Below, piece by piece: positions 1-7,152 of a DNA stretch of 64,000 bases. The first letter of the stretch is position 1. The number at the start of each line of letters is the position of its first letter. Made by a program: the position numbers and the translations under genes. The DNA comes from an uncultured Chloroflexia bacterium (GTDB lineage Bacteria > Chloroflexota > Limnocylindria > Limnocylindrales > CSP1-4), in the NCBI GenBank assembly GCA_963821595.1, contig CAWGEL010000023.1:138930-202929 (forward strand), read 5' to 3'. A model generated the notes under the pieces. It saw only the letters and a program-made list of their open reading frames with translations. It was not told the DNA's origin and did no database searches.

Positions 1-1
1 G

Positions 2-928
2 GTGCGAGTCGCCCAGCTGTACTACCGGTTGCACCTCACCCAGGCCGAGATCGGGGAGCGGCTGGGCCTGAGCCGGTTCGCCATCGGCCGCCTCCTGGAC
101 CGCGCCGTCCGGGACGGCATCGTCCAGATCGAGATCGTCCATCCGGCCGCCCGTCTCGTCACCCTCGAGGACGAGCTGGTGGAACGGTTCGGCCTGCGTG
201 GGGCAGTGGTCGTGGAGGCCCCGCCGGGGGACGAGCCGGCCGCGGAGCAGATGGCCCGCGAGGCCGTCGCCCGGGGCGCCGCCGAGTACCTCGCGTCGAT
301 CCGTCCGGGCGGCGCCATCGGCGTCTCCTGGGGTCGCTCCATGCTGGAGCTGTCGAACGCCCTCCAGCCCGGCTGGACCTCGGCGACGGAGATCGTCCAG
401 CTCAACGGCGCGACGTCGCGATCGGCGCGCCCGACCCGGGCCACCGAAGTCGCCGAGCGCTTCGGGACGACGACCGGCGCCTCGATCCGGCTGCTCTCCG
501 CGCCCGCCATCGTCGGCTCCCCGGGGCTCCGGCAGGCGCTCACGGACGATCCGGCCGTGCGCGAGACGCTCGACGCCGCGCGGTCTGCCCCGACCGCCAT
601 CTTCAGCCTTGGCGTGCTGACCCCGACCAGCGTGCTGGTCGAATCCGGATGCCTCGCCGGCGACGACGTGGAGAGCCTGGCCAGGGCGGGTGCCGTCGGT
701 GACGTGATCGGCCGGTTCCTGACCGCCGACGGCCACATCGCGAGCCCCGCCGTGGACGAGCGGACCGTCGGCCTTCCCATCGCCGACCTGGCCCGCAAGC
801 AGCTTGCCGTGGCCCTTGGCGCGGGACCCGGCCGCGGGCCCATCGCGCTCGCCGCACTGCGCGCGGGCTGCGTGAACGTGCTGGCCGCCGACGAGGGAAC
901 GGCCGAGTGGGTGCTGGCCCATGGCTGA
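2..928 (+). CDS. SorC/DeoR-type sugar-binding transcriptional regulator (5-prime end probably cut by window edge)
   Basis: N-terminal HTH segment LTQAEIGERLGLSRFAIGRLLDRAVRDGIV followed by a ~250-aa SorC-type sugar-phosphate-binding domain. Co-directional with and directly upstream of rpiB/deoC. Confidence 0.75.
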   Translation: MRVAQLYYRLHLTQAEIGERLGLSRFAIGRLLDRAVRDGIVQIEIVHPAARLVTLEDELVERFGLRGAVVVEAPPGDEPAAEQMAREAVARGAAEYLASIRPGGAIGVSWGRSMLELSNALQPGWTSATEIVQLNGATSRSARPTRATEVAERFGTTTGASIRLLSAPAIVGSPGLRQALTDDPAVRETLDAARSAPTAIFSLGVLTPTSVLVESGCLAGDDVESLARAGAVGDVIGRFLTADGHIASPAVDERTVGLPIADLARKQLAVALGAGPGRGPIALAALRAGCVNVLAADEGTAEWVLAHG

Positions 929-976
929 GCGGACGGACGCTGCGCGGCGGCGGTTCGGGCGACCTCGCGGACTGCT

Positions 977-1657
977 ATGGTCGAGGCGAAGCGACTGATG
1001 GCAGATCCCCCGATCGGCAACGCGCAGGCGGTCCGGGCGCTCGTGGAGCGCGCGGTCGACGCTGCCCTCGGGGAAGCCCGGGCGGCCGTGCCCATGGGCG
1101 CCGACCGATCCCCCACCGGGGCTCCGGGAGCAACCCCGCCGGCCCCGGCCCCGGCCGCACCTGCACCCGCCGTCGCGCCGGGAGCCGCCATCGCCATCGG
1201 CGCGGATCACGGCGGCTTCGGCCTCAAGCAGGTCATCGCCAAGGCGCTGTCAGAGCGCGGCTATGCGGTCCGCGACTGCGGCACGAACGGCCCCGACGCG
1301 GTTGACTATCCCGACTTCGCCCACGCCGTCGCCCGCCTGGTGGCCGATGGCACCTGCGCCGCCGGCATCGTCATCGACGGGGCCGGCATCGGGTCGGCCA
1401 TGGCCGCGAACAAGGTTCCCGGCGTGCGGGCGGCCCTCTGCTATGACGTCTCGTCGGCGCGCAACAGCCGCGAGCACAACCACGCCAACGTCCTCACGCT
1501 GGGCGCGCGGCTGATCGGAGAAGGACTCGCCATGGAGATCGTGACCACCTGGCTGGCGACCGCGTGGGGGCCGGGCCGCCACGCGGCCCGCGTCGACAAG
1601 ATCATGGAGATCGAGCGGCGCTACGCGAGCCCGGCAACCGGCGGAGCCCCCCGATGA
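977..1657 (+). CDS. rpiB: Ribose-5-phosphate isomerase B-like (RpiB/LacAB family) with ~75-aa N-terminal encapsulation-peptide-like extension
   Basis: The core [13 protein letters not shown]...[28 protein letters not shown]...[14 protein letters not shown] aligns with RpiB. The N-terminus has an amphipathic helix ([16 protein letters not shown]) followed by a [11 protein letters not shown] linker. The stop overlaps the deoC start (ATGA at 1654-1657). Confidence 0.85.
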   Translation: MVEAKRLMADPPIGNAQAVRALVERAVDAALGEARAAVPMGADRSPTGAPGATPPAPAPAAPAPAVAPGAAIAIGADHGGFGLKQVIAKALSERGYAVRDCGTNGPDAVDYPDFAHAVARLVADGTCAAGIVIDGAGIGSAMAANKVPGVRAALCYDVSSARNSREHNHANVLTLGARLIGEGLAMEIVTTWLATAWGPGRHAARVDKIMEIERRYASPATGGAPR

Positions 1658-2532
1658 CCACGCCAGGGTTCGACCGCGACACGCTCATCGAAGCGATCAC
1701 CCGCCAGGTCCTTGCGGGCATGGCCGAAGGCCCCCTCGGCACCGGCGGTTGCGCCACCTGCCGCCTGGCCTGCGCGACCTCCTGCCCGGATCGCGTGCGC
1801 GAGGTCGTCACTTCCGGCGCGACCCGCGTGGAGTACCACGGGCCGGGCGGCGACGTCCCGCGCGACCTGGCCCGCTACATCGACCACACCCTGCTCCGCC
1901 AGGACGCGACCGCCGACCAGATCGACCGGCTCTGCGCGGAAGCCCGCGAGCACCACTTCGCGGCCGTGTGCATCAACCCGACCTGGGTTCGCCGGGCAGC
2001 CGACAACCTGCGCGGGACCGACGTGCCGGTCGCGTCCGTCATCGGCTTCCCGTTCGGCACGAGCACCAGCGAGATCAAGGCGATGGAGACCCGTCGGGCC
2101 ATCCGCGACGGCGCCCGCGAGATCGACATGGTCATCAACATCGGGGCGCTCAAGAGCGGGATGCAGGACCTGGTCCGGCAGGACATCGCGGGCGTGTCGG
2201 ACGCCTGCCACGAGGCCGGGGCGATCAACAAGGTGATCATCGAGGCGGCTCTCCTCACCGACGAGGAGAAGGTGATCGCCTGCCGCCTGGCCCAGCTCGC
2301 GAAGGCCGACTACGTCAAGACCTCGACCGGCTACGCGTCGGGCGGGGCGACCGTCTTCGACGTCGCGCTCATGCGCGAGACGGTCGGCCCTCGCATGGGC
2401 GTCAAGGCGGCCGGCGGCATCCGCACCGCCACGGACGTCGAGGAGATGATCGCCGCCGGGGCGACCCGGATCGGCGCGTCGGCCGGCGTCAAGATCGTCA
2501 CCGGAGAGAGGGGCTCGCATGAGCAATATTGA
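1654..2532 (+). CDS. deoC: Deoxyribose-phosphate aldolase (DERA) with ~70-aa N-terminal extension
   Basis: The DeoC core is recognisable: [36 protein letters not shown], and the Schiff-base region DYVKTSTGY...[10 protein letters not shown]. The extension contains the helix [15 protein letters not shown] and the motif [13 protein letters not shown]. The ATG at 1654 overlaps the rpiB stop. Confidence 0.9.
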   Translation: MTTPGFDRDTLIEAITRQVLAGMAEGPLGTGGCATCRLACATSCPDRVREVVTSGATRVEYHGPGGDVPRDLARYIDHTLLRQDATADQIDRLCAEAREHHFAAVCINPTWVRRAADNLRGTDVPVASVIGFPFGTSTSEIKAMETRRAIRDGAREIDMVINIGALKSGMQDLVRQDIAGVSDACHEAGAINKVIIEAALLTDEEKVIACRLAQLAKADYVKTSTGYASGGATVFDVALMRETVGPRMGVKAAGGIRTATDVEEMIAAGATRIGASAGVKIVTGERGSHEQY

Positions 2533-3157
2533 GCTTCGTGCCTACGTCTTCCTCGACAGCCTCCAGGCCCAGTATTCGGCGTTCCTCGGCACGGTCGCCC
2601 AGGGGTTCCTGCCGCTGGCCGGCGATGCGTCCCTGTACGTCGAGGTATCGCCGGGCATCGAGATCAACCGCCTGACGGACATCGCCCTCAAGGCGACCCA
2701 GGTCAAGCCCGGGATGCAGATCATCGAGCGCTACTTCGGCCTGCTCGAGGTCCATTCGCCGTCGCAGGCCGAGGTGCGGGCCGCCGGTGCCGCCATCCTT
2801 CGCGAGCTCGGCATCGAGGAGCACGACCGGATCAAGCCGCGGATCCTCTCGAGCCAGATCATTCGCCGCATCGACGACCACCAGGCCCAGCTCATCAACC
2901 GGACGCGCCACGGCCAGATGATCATCGGCGGCCAGACCCTCTACGTGCTGGAGCTGGAGCCGGCGGCCTACGCGGCGCTGGCCGCCAACGAGGCCGAGAA
3001 GGCCGCCCGGATCAACATCCTCGAGGTGCGCTCGTTCGGCTCGATGGGCCGGGTGTACCTCGGCGGGGAGGAGCGCGACATCGACGTCGGCTGGCGCGCC
3101 GCGCTGGCCGCGATCGAAGGGCTCGAGGGGCGGGAGGGGCGCGAGGGGGCCAGGTAG
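2519..3157 (+). CDS. BMC shell protein, divergent tandem-domain (BMC-T-like)
   Basis: A 212-aa protein inside the shell-gene block. Its two ~90-aa halves each carry a BMC-like helix motif ([11 protein letters not shown] and [14 protein letters not shown]). A strong SD (GGAGAGAGGGG) precedes the ATG at 2519, and the gene overlaps the deoC end by 14 nt. Confidence 0.55.
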   Translation: MSNIELRAYVFLDSLQAQYSAFLGTVAQGFLPLAGDASLYVEVSPGIEINRLTDIALKATQVKPGMQIIERYFGLLEVHSPSQAEVRAAGAAILRELGIEEHDRIKPRILSSQIIRRIDDHQAQLINRTRHGQMIIGGQTLYVLELEPAAYAALAANEAEKAARINILEVRSFGSMGRVYLGGEERDIDVGWRAALAAIEGLEGREGREGAR

Positions 3158-3232
3158 CACGCAACGCCGGCGACCGCCGGATCGACAGGTCGACGGGAGC
3201 CGAAGGGCTCCGCCCGAAGCAGGAGAGATTCG

Positions 3233-3541
3233 ATGGCTGACGCACTTGGGATGATCGAGGCCCGCGGGTTCGCCGCGATGGTCGAGGCCGCGGACGCGAT
3301 GGTCAAGGCGGCCAAGGTCGACCTGGTCGGCTACGAGAAGACCGGCGGCGGCTATGTCACGGCCATCGTGCGCGGCGACGTCGCCGCCGTGAAGGCCGCG
3401 GTGGAGGCGGGCGTCCGCAATGCCGCCAAGGTCGGCGAAGTCGTCGCCAGCCACGTGATCGCCCGGCCGCACACGAACATCGACATCGCCCTGCCGCTCG
3501 GCCGGGCCGACGAGGCACGCGCCGAGACGGGCGGCCGCTAG
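3233..3541 (+). CDS. BMC-H hexameric shell protein (PduA/EutM/CcmK-like, PF00936-type)
   Basis: The sequence is canonical: [57 protein letters not shown]. The SD AGGAGAG lies at 3221-3227. Confidence 0.95.
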   Translation: MADALGMIEARGFAAMVEAADAMVKAAKVDLVGYEKTGGGYVTAIVRGDVAAVKAAVEAGVRNAAKVGEVVASHVIARPHTNIDIALPLGRADEARAETGGR

Positions 3542-3666
3542 CACCCGGCGGAGCGCCGCAGGGAGGAGCGCCGCAGGGAGGCGCGGCTCGAGACGGGGCG
3601 GCGCTGCCGCAGGGTGGCGCCGCCGCGCCCGGCCGGCCTCCGCCGGTTCGCCGGCTTGGAGGAACC

Positions 3667-3954
3667 ATGCTCCTGGGACGAGTCGTCGGGACGGTCGTCG
3701 CGACGCGCAAGGAACCGCAGATCGAGGGCTGGAGCCTGCTCCTGGTCCGCCAGCTCGACGCGGACAACCACGAAGGCAGCGGCTACGTGGTGGCCGTGGA
3801 CGCCGTCGGGGCCGGCGTCGGCGAGGTCGTGCTCTATGCCTCCGGCAGCTCGGCCCGCCAGACGGAGGTCACGCGGGACCGGCCCTGCGACGCGGTGATC
3901 ATGGCCATCGTCGACATCTGGGAAGTCGGCGGGAAGGACGTCTTCCGCAAGTGA
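3667..3954 (+). CDS. BMC-P pentameric vertex protein (EutN/CcmL/PduN-like, PF03319-type)
   Basis: The 95-aa protein reads [17 protein letters not shown]...LLLVRQLD...[24 protein letters not shown]...DAVIMAIVD, a typical EutN fold sequence. Confidence 0.9.
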   Translation: MLLGRVVGTVVATRKEPQIEGWSLLLVRQLDADNHEGSGYVVAVDAVGAGVGEVVLYASGSSARQTEVTRDRPCDAVIMAIVDIWEVGGKDVFRK

Positions 3955-3973
3955 CCCGGCCGGCCGGGACGAG

Positions 3974-5458
3974 GTGGCGCGAAGAGCGATGAGCGAGCTC
4001 AGCGACCGCGAGATCCAGGACATCATCGAGCGGGTCCGGCACCGCGTCGCCGGCGCGCCGGGCGCGCGGCCGGGCGCAGCCATGCGCGCCGACGCGGAGC
4101 TGGCCGCTGCGGCCGCCTCGTCGGCCGAACTCACGGACGGCGTCCACGCCACCATCGACCAGGCCGTGGCAGCCGCCCTGGCCGCCTTCGGGTCCTACCA
4201 GGCAATGGGCCTGAAGCGCCGCTACGCCATCGTCGAGGCCATCCGGACGTCGATGCTCGAGCACGCCGAGCAGCTGGCCCGCATGGCCCACCGCGAGACC
4301 GGCATCGGCCGGTTCGAGGACAAGATCCTCAAGAACCGCCTGGTGACGACGAAGGCGCCCGGGCCGGAGGACCTCGAGGTCGCCGCGACCACCGGCGACC
4401 GCGGGATGATGGCCACCGAGTTCGCGCCATTCGGCGTGGTGGCGGCCATCACCCCGGTGACGAACCCGACCTCGACCGTGATCAACAACACGATCAGCAT
4501 CGTGTCCGCCGGCAACGCGGTCGTCTTCAACGCCCACCCCAACGCGAAGCAGTGCTCGGCGGAGACGGTCCGGCTGCTCAACCGGGCGATCGTGGGGGCC
4601 GGCGGGCCGGCGAACCTCGTCGCCGCCGTTGCCCAGCCGACGATCGAGAGCGCCCGCGCGCTGATGAACCACCCCTCGGTCCGCCTGCTGCTCGTGACGG
4701 GCGGGCCGGGCGTCGTCCGTGAGGCCCTGCGCACCGACAAGCGGGCGATCACGGCCGGGCCGGGCAATCCGCCGGCGGTGGTCGACCAGACCGCCGACGT
4801 CGAGCGGGCCGGCCGCGACATCGTCCGCGGCGCATCCTTCGACAACAACCTGGTCTGCATCGACGAGAAGATCGCGATCGTCGTCGACTCGGTGGCCGAC
4901 CGCCTGATCCGGGCGATGGTCGGCGCCGGTGCCTACCTGCTCAAGGAGCACGAGCTGCGCCGGCTGGAGCGGGTCATCTTCCGGGAGCTTGGCGAGCCGG
5001 GCAAGCCGGGCGTGATGAACCCGGCCTGGATCGGCAAGGACGCCGGCCGGATCCTGGCCGAGATCGGCATGCGCCCGGAGGCGGACCCGCGGCTGCTCGT
5101 CGCCGACGTGCCGCGCGACCACAGCCTGGTCTGGACCGAGCAGATGATGCCGGTCCTGCCGGTGGTCCGCGTCGGGACCGTGGACCAGGCGATCGACCTC
5201 TCGGTGCGCGCGGAGCACGGCTTCCACCACACGGCCTCGATCCATTCCACGAACGTGGAGACGATCACGCGCATGGCCCGGGCCATGAACTGCTCGATCT
5301 TCGTGGCCAACGGGCCGAACCTGGCCGGCCTTGGCGAGGGCGGCGAGGGCTTCTGCTCCTTCTCGATCGCCAGCCCCACCGGCGACGGCCTGACCCGGCC
5401 GCGCACGTTCTCGCGCGAACGACGGATCACCGTCGTCGGCGCGCTGCGGATCATCTGA
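3974..5458 (+). CDS. CoA-acylating aldehyde dehydrogenase (PduP/EutE-like) with N-terminal encapsulation-peptide-like helix
   Basis: The active-site motif SFDNNLVCIDEK, TGGPGVV and FANGPN regions resemble PduP/EutE. The N-terminus is SDREIQDIIERVRHRV followed by an Ala/Gly linker. An alternative start is the ATG at 3989. Confidence 0.9.
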   Translation: MARRAMSELSDREIQDIIERVRHRVAGAPGARPGAAMRADAELAAAAASSAELTDGVHATIDQAVAAALAAFGSYQAMGLKRRYAIVEAIRTSMLEHAEQLARMAHRETGIGRFEDKILKNRLVTTKAPGPEDLEVAATTGDRGMMATEFAPFGVVAAITPVTNPTSTVINNTISIVSAGNAVVFNAHPNAKQCSAETVRLLNRAIVGAGGPANLVAAVAQPTIESARALMNHPSVRLLLVTGGPGVVREALRTDKRAITAGPGNPPAVVDQTADVERAGRDIVRGASFDNNLVCIDEKIAIVVDSVADRLIRAMVGAGAYLLKEHELRRLERVIFRELGEPGKPGVMNPAWIGKDAGRILAEIGMRPEADPRLLVADVPRDHSLVWTEQMMPVLPVVRVGTVDQAIDLSVRAEHGFHHTASIHSTNVETITRMARAMNCSIFVANGPNLAGLGEGGEGFCSFSIASPTGDGLTRPRTFSRERRITVVGALRII

Positions 5459-5459
5459 C

Positions 5460-6257
5460 GTGAGCCCTGCACCCCGCGCCCGGTCGGCCGCGTCGGCGGC
5501 GGGCTCGGCGGGCCCGGCGGGCCGCGGCGCGTCGGCGCCTGGCGCGGGCCGCGGCGCCTCGGACCCGCGTGGCATCACCGCCTCGGACCCGTCGGGCCCG
5601 GCTGGCCTCGACCCGGCCGTCGCCCTGCTCGAGCTGTCGTCGATCGCGGTCGGCATCGAAGCGGGCGACGCCATGGCCAAGCGCGCCCCGATCGACGTGC
5701 TCCACGCCGGCACGGTCCATCCCGGCCGGTACCTGGTCCTCGTGGGCGGGGCCGTCGCGGACGTCGAAGAAGCGCTCGATGCCGGCCGGGAGATGGGCGA
5801 GGGCTGCATCCTCGACGTCGTGCTGCTGCCGGGCGTGGACCCGCAGGTCGTTGCCGCGCTCCGTGGCCGCCGGCTGACGGGCGAAGGCGAGGCCCTGGGC
5901 GTGATCGAGACGACCACGGTCGCCTCGGTCATCGACGCCGCCGATGCCGGCGTGAAGGGCGCGCTGGTCCGCCTGCTGGAGCTTCGGCTGGCGGACGGGC
6001 TGGGCGGCAAGGCCTACCTGCTGTTCGACGGGCGGGTCGCCGACGTGGAGGCGGCCGTGGAGCTGGGGATGGCCCGGGTCGCAGCGAGCGCGCGGCCGGT
6101 GCACCCGGTCATCGGGCGGGTGATCCCGCAGCTGCACGACGCAATGCGGGCGAATCTCGAGGCCGATGGCCGCTTCCGGGCCGTGCTGCGGCCCGGCGGC
6201 GCGAGCCCAGTCGCTCACGTCGAAGCGCCGCCACGCCCGCGCCGCCGGAGGCCCTGA
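5460..6257 (+). CDS. BMC-T tandem-domain shell protein (PduT-like) with low-complexity N-terminal extension
   Basis: There are two BMC domains: ALLELSSIAVGIEAGDAMAKRAPIDVL... and ALGVIETTTVASVIDAADAGVKGALVRLLELRLA...GGKAYLLFDG. The GTG start lies 1 nt after the AldDH stop. Confidence 0.85.
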   Translation: MSPAPRARSAASAAGSAGPAGRGASAPGAGRGASDPRGITASDPSGPAGLDPAVALLELSSIAVGIEAGDAMAKRAPIDVLHAGTVHPGRYLVLVGGAVADVEEALDAGREMGEGCILDVVLLPGVDPQVVAALRGRRLTGEGEALGVIETTTVASVIDAADAGVKGALVRLLELRLADGLGGKAYLLFDGRVADVEAAVELGMARVAASARPVHPVIGRVIPQLHDAMRANLEADGRFRAVLRPGGASPVAHVEAPPRPRRRRP

Positions 6258-6261
6258 CGCC

Positions 6262-6987
6262 ATGCAGCTCGCCCGTGTCATCGGCACCGTCGTGGCGACC
6301 GTCAAGGCACCCGGCCTGGAAGGCGTCAAGCTGCTGATCGTCCAGCCGCTCGACCGACGGCAGCAGCCGTCGGGCACGCCGGTCGTCGCCGCCGACGCCG
6401 TGCACATGGCCGGGCCCGGCGAGCTCGTCTACATCGTGGCGGCCCGCGAGGCGGCCGAAGCGATGCCGGACCCGTTCGTGCCCGTCGACCACGCCATCGT
6501 GGGGATCGTCGACGCGGTGTCGCTCCTGCGGCCGGACGAAGGGGCCGCCGTCAACGACGGCGGACAGGACGACCGCGCCGCCCCGCACGAAGGCGAGGGC
6601 GCCGCGCCGCACGACCGCGCCCGACGGCGGCCGGCCATGAAGCTCGCCCGGGTGGTCGGGACCGTGGTCTCGACGATCACCATGCCCGCTCTCGAGGATC
6701 GGACGCTCCTGCTCTGCGACCTGGTCGCGCCGGACGGCAGGGCAGCCGGCGGGTACCTGATCGCCGTCGACACTGTGGGGGCCGGCGCCGGCGAGACCGT
6801 CCTGATCCTCGACGAGGGCAACTCCGCCCGGCAGATCCTCGGCCTGCGCCAGGGCCCCATCCGGACCGTCGTGGTCGGCATCGTGGACGACGTCGCGGTC
6901 GAGGCCGAGCACGTACCGGGCCAGCTCCCCGTGGCGACGCCTTCAGGAAGCCGCAGGACGATCCCGAGTCGGCGGACGCGACCATAG
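6262..6987 (+). CDS. Fused tandem BMC-P: two EutN/CcmL-type domains in a single reading frame
   Basis: Domain 1 starts at ATG 6262 (MQLARVIGTVVATVKAPGLEGVKLLIVQPLD...IVGIVDAV). Domain 2 starts at the in-frame ATG 6637 (MKLARVVGTVVSTITMPALEDRTLLLCDLV...VVVGIVDDV). No stop codon separates them, and a ~36-aa acidic/Gly/Ala linker joins them. The ATG at 6262 lies 4 nt after the BMC-T stop. Confidence 0.7.
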   Translation: MQLARVIGTVVATVKAPGLEGVKLLIVQPLDRRQQPSGTPVVAADAVHMAGPGELVYIVAAREAAEAMPDPFVPVDHAIVGIVDAVSLLRPDEGAAVNDGGQDDRAAPHEGEGAAPHDRARRRPAMKLARVVGTVVSTITMPALEDRTLLLCDLVAPDGRAAGGYLIAVDTVGAGAGETVLILDEGNSARQILGLRQGPIRTVVVGIVDDVAVEAEHVPGQLPVATPSGSRRTIPSRRTRP

Positions 6988-7101
6988 AGCCGTGGCGTCG
7001 GCGACCGGTCGGCGACTGCAATCCTGCGAGGCGGCGATGGCGGCCGACGCCGCGGCCGCCGGGTCGACGGTGGCGACCTCGACGCGAATTTCGTGCGGGG
7101 C

Positions 7102-7132
7102 TTGACTCTCAGGTGACCTGAGACCGCAGGCT
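7102..7132 (+). promoter_or_regulatory. MerR-type promoter with palindromic operator
   Basis: TTGACT (7102-7107) is followed by the perfect inverted repeat TCTCAGGT-G-ACCTGAGA (7107-7123) and a weak -10 (CAGGCT, 7127-7132). This gives a 19-nt spacer, characteristic of MerR-regulated promoters. It lies 20 nt upstream of the SD GGAAGGAGAGG and the ATG at 7153. Confidence 0.6.
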
Positions 7133-7152
7133 GCGGAAGCGGAAGGAGAGGA

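Noticed and set aside
3196-3211. A GGAGCC-GAAG-GGCTCC hairpin between the first BMC-T-like gene and BMC-H, considered as a regulatory element. Similar small hairpins follow cheW at about 32425-32470.
   Set aside because: The stems are only 6 bp in a ~70 percent GC background, where such stems arise by chance, and no U-tract follows. They are not strong enough to annotate.
3899-6010. A 703-aa minus-strand ORF across the aldehyde dehydrogenase and BMC-T genes.
   Set aside because: It is antisense to two genes with unambiguous family motifs. Its translation is Arg/Ala/Pro/Gly-rich low-complexity sequence with no recognisable domain. Such antisense ORFs are expected at this GC content.
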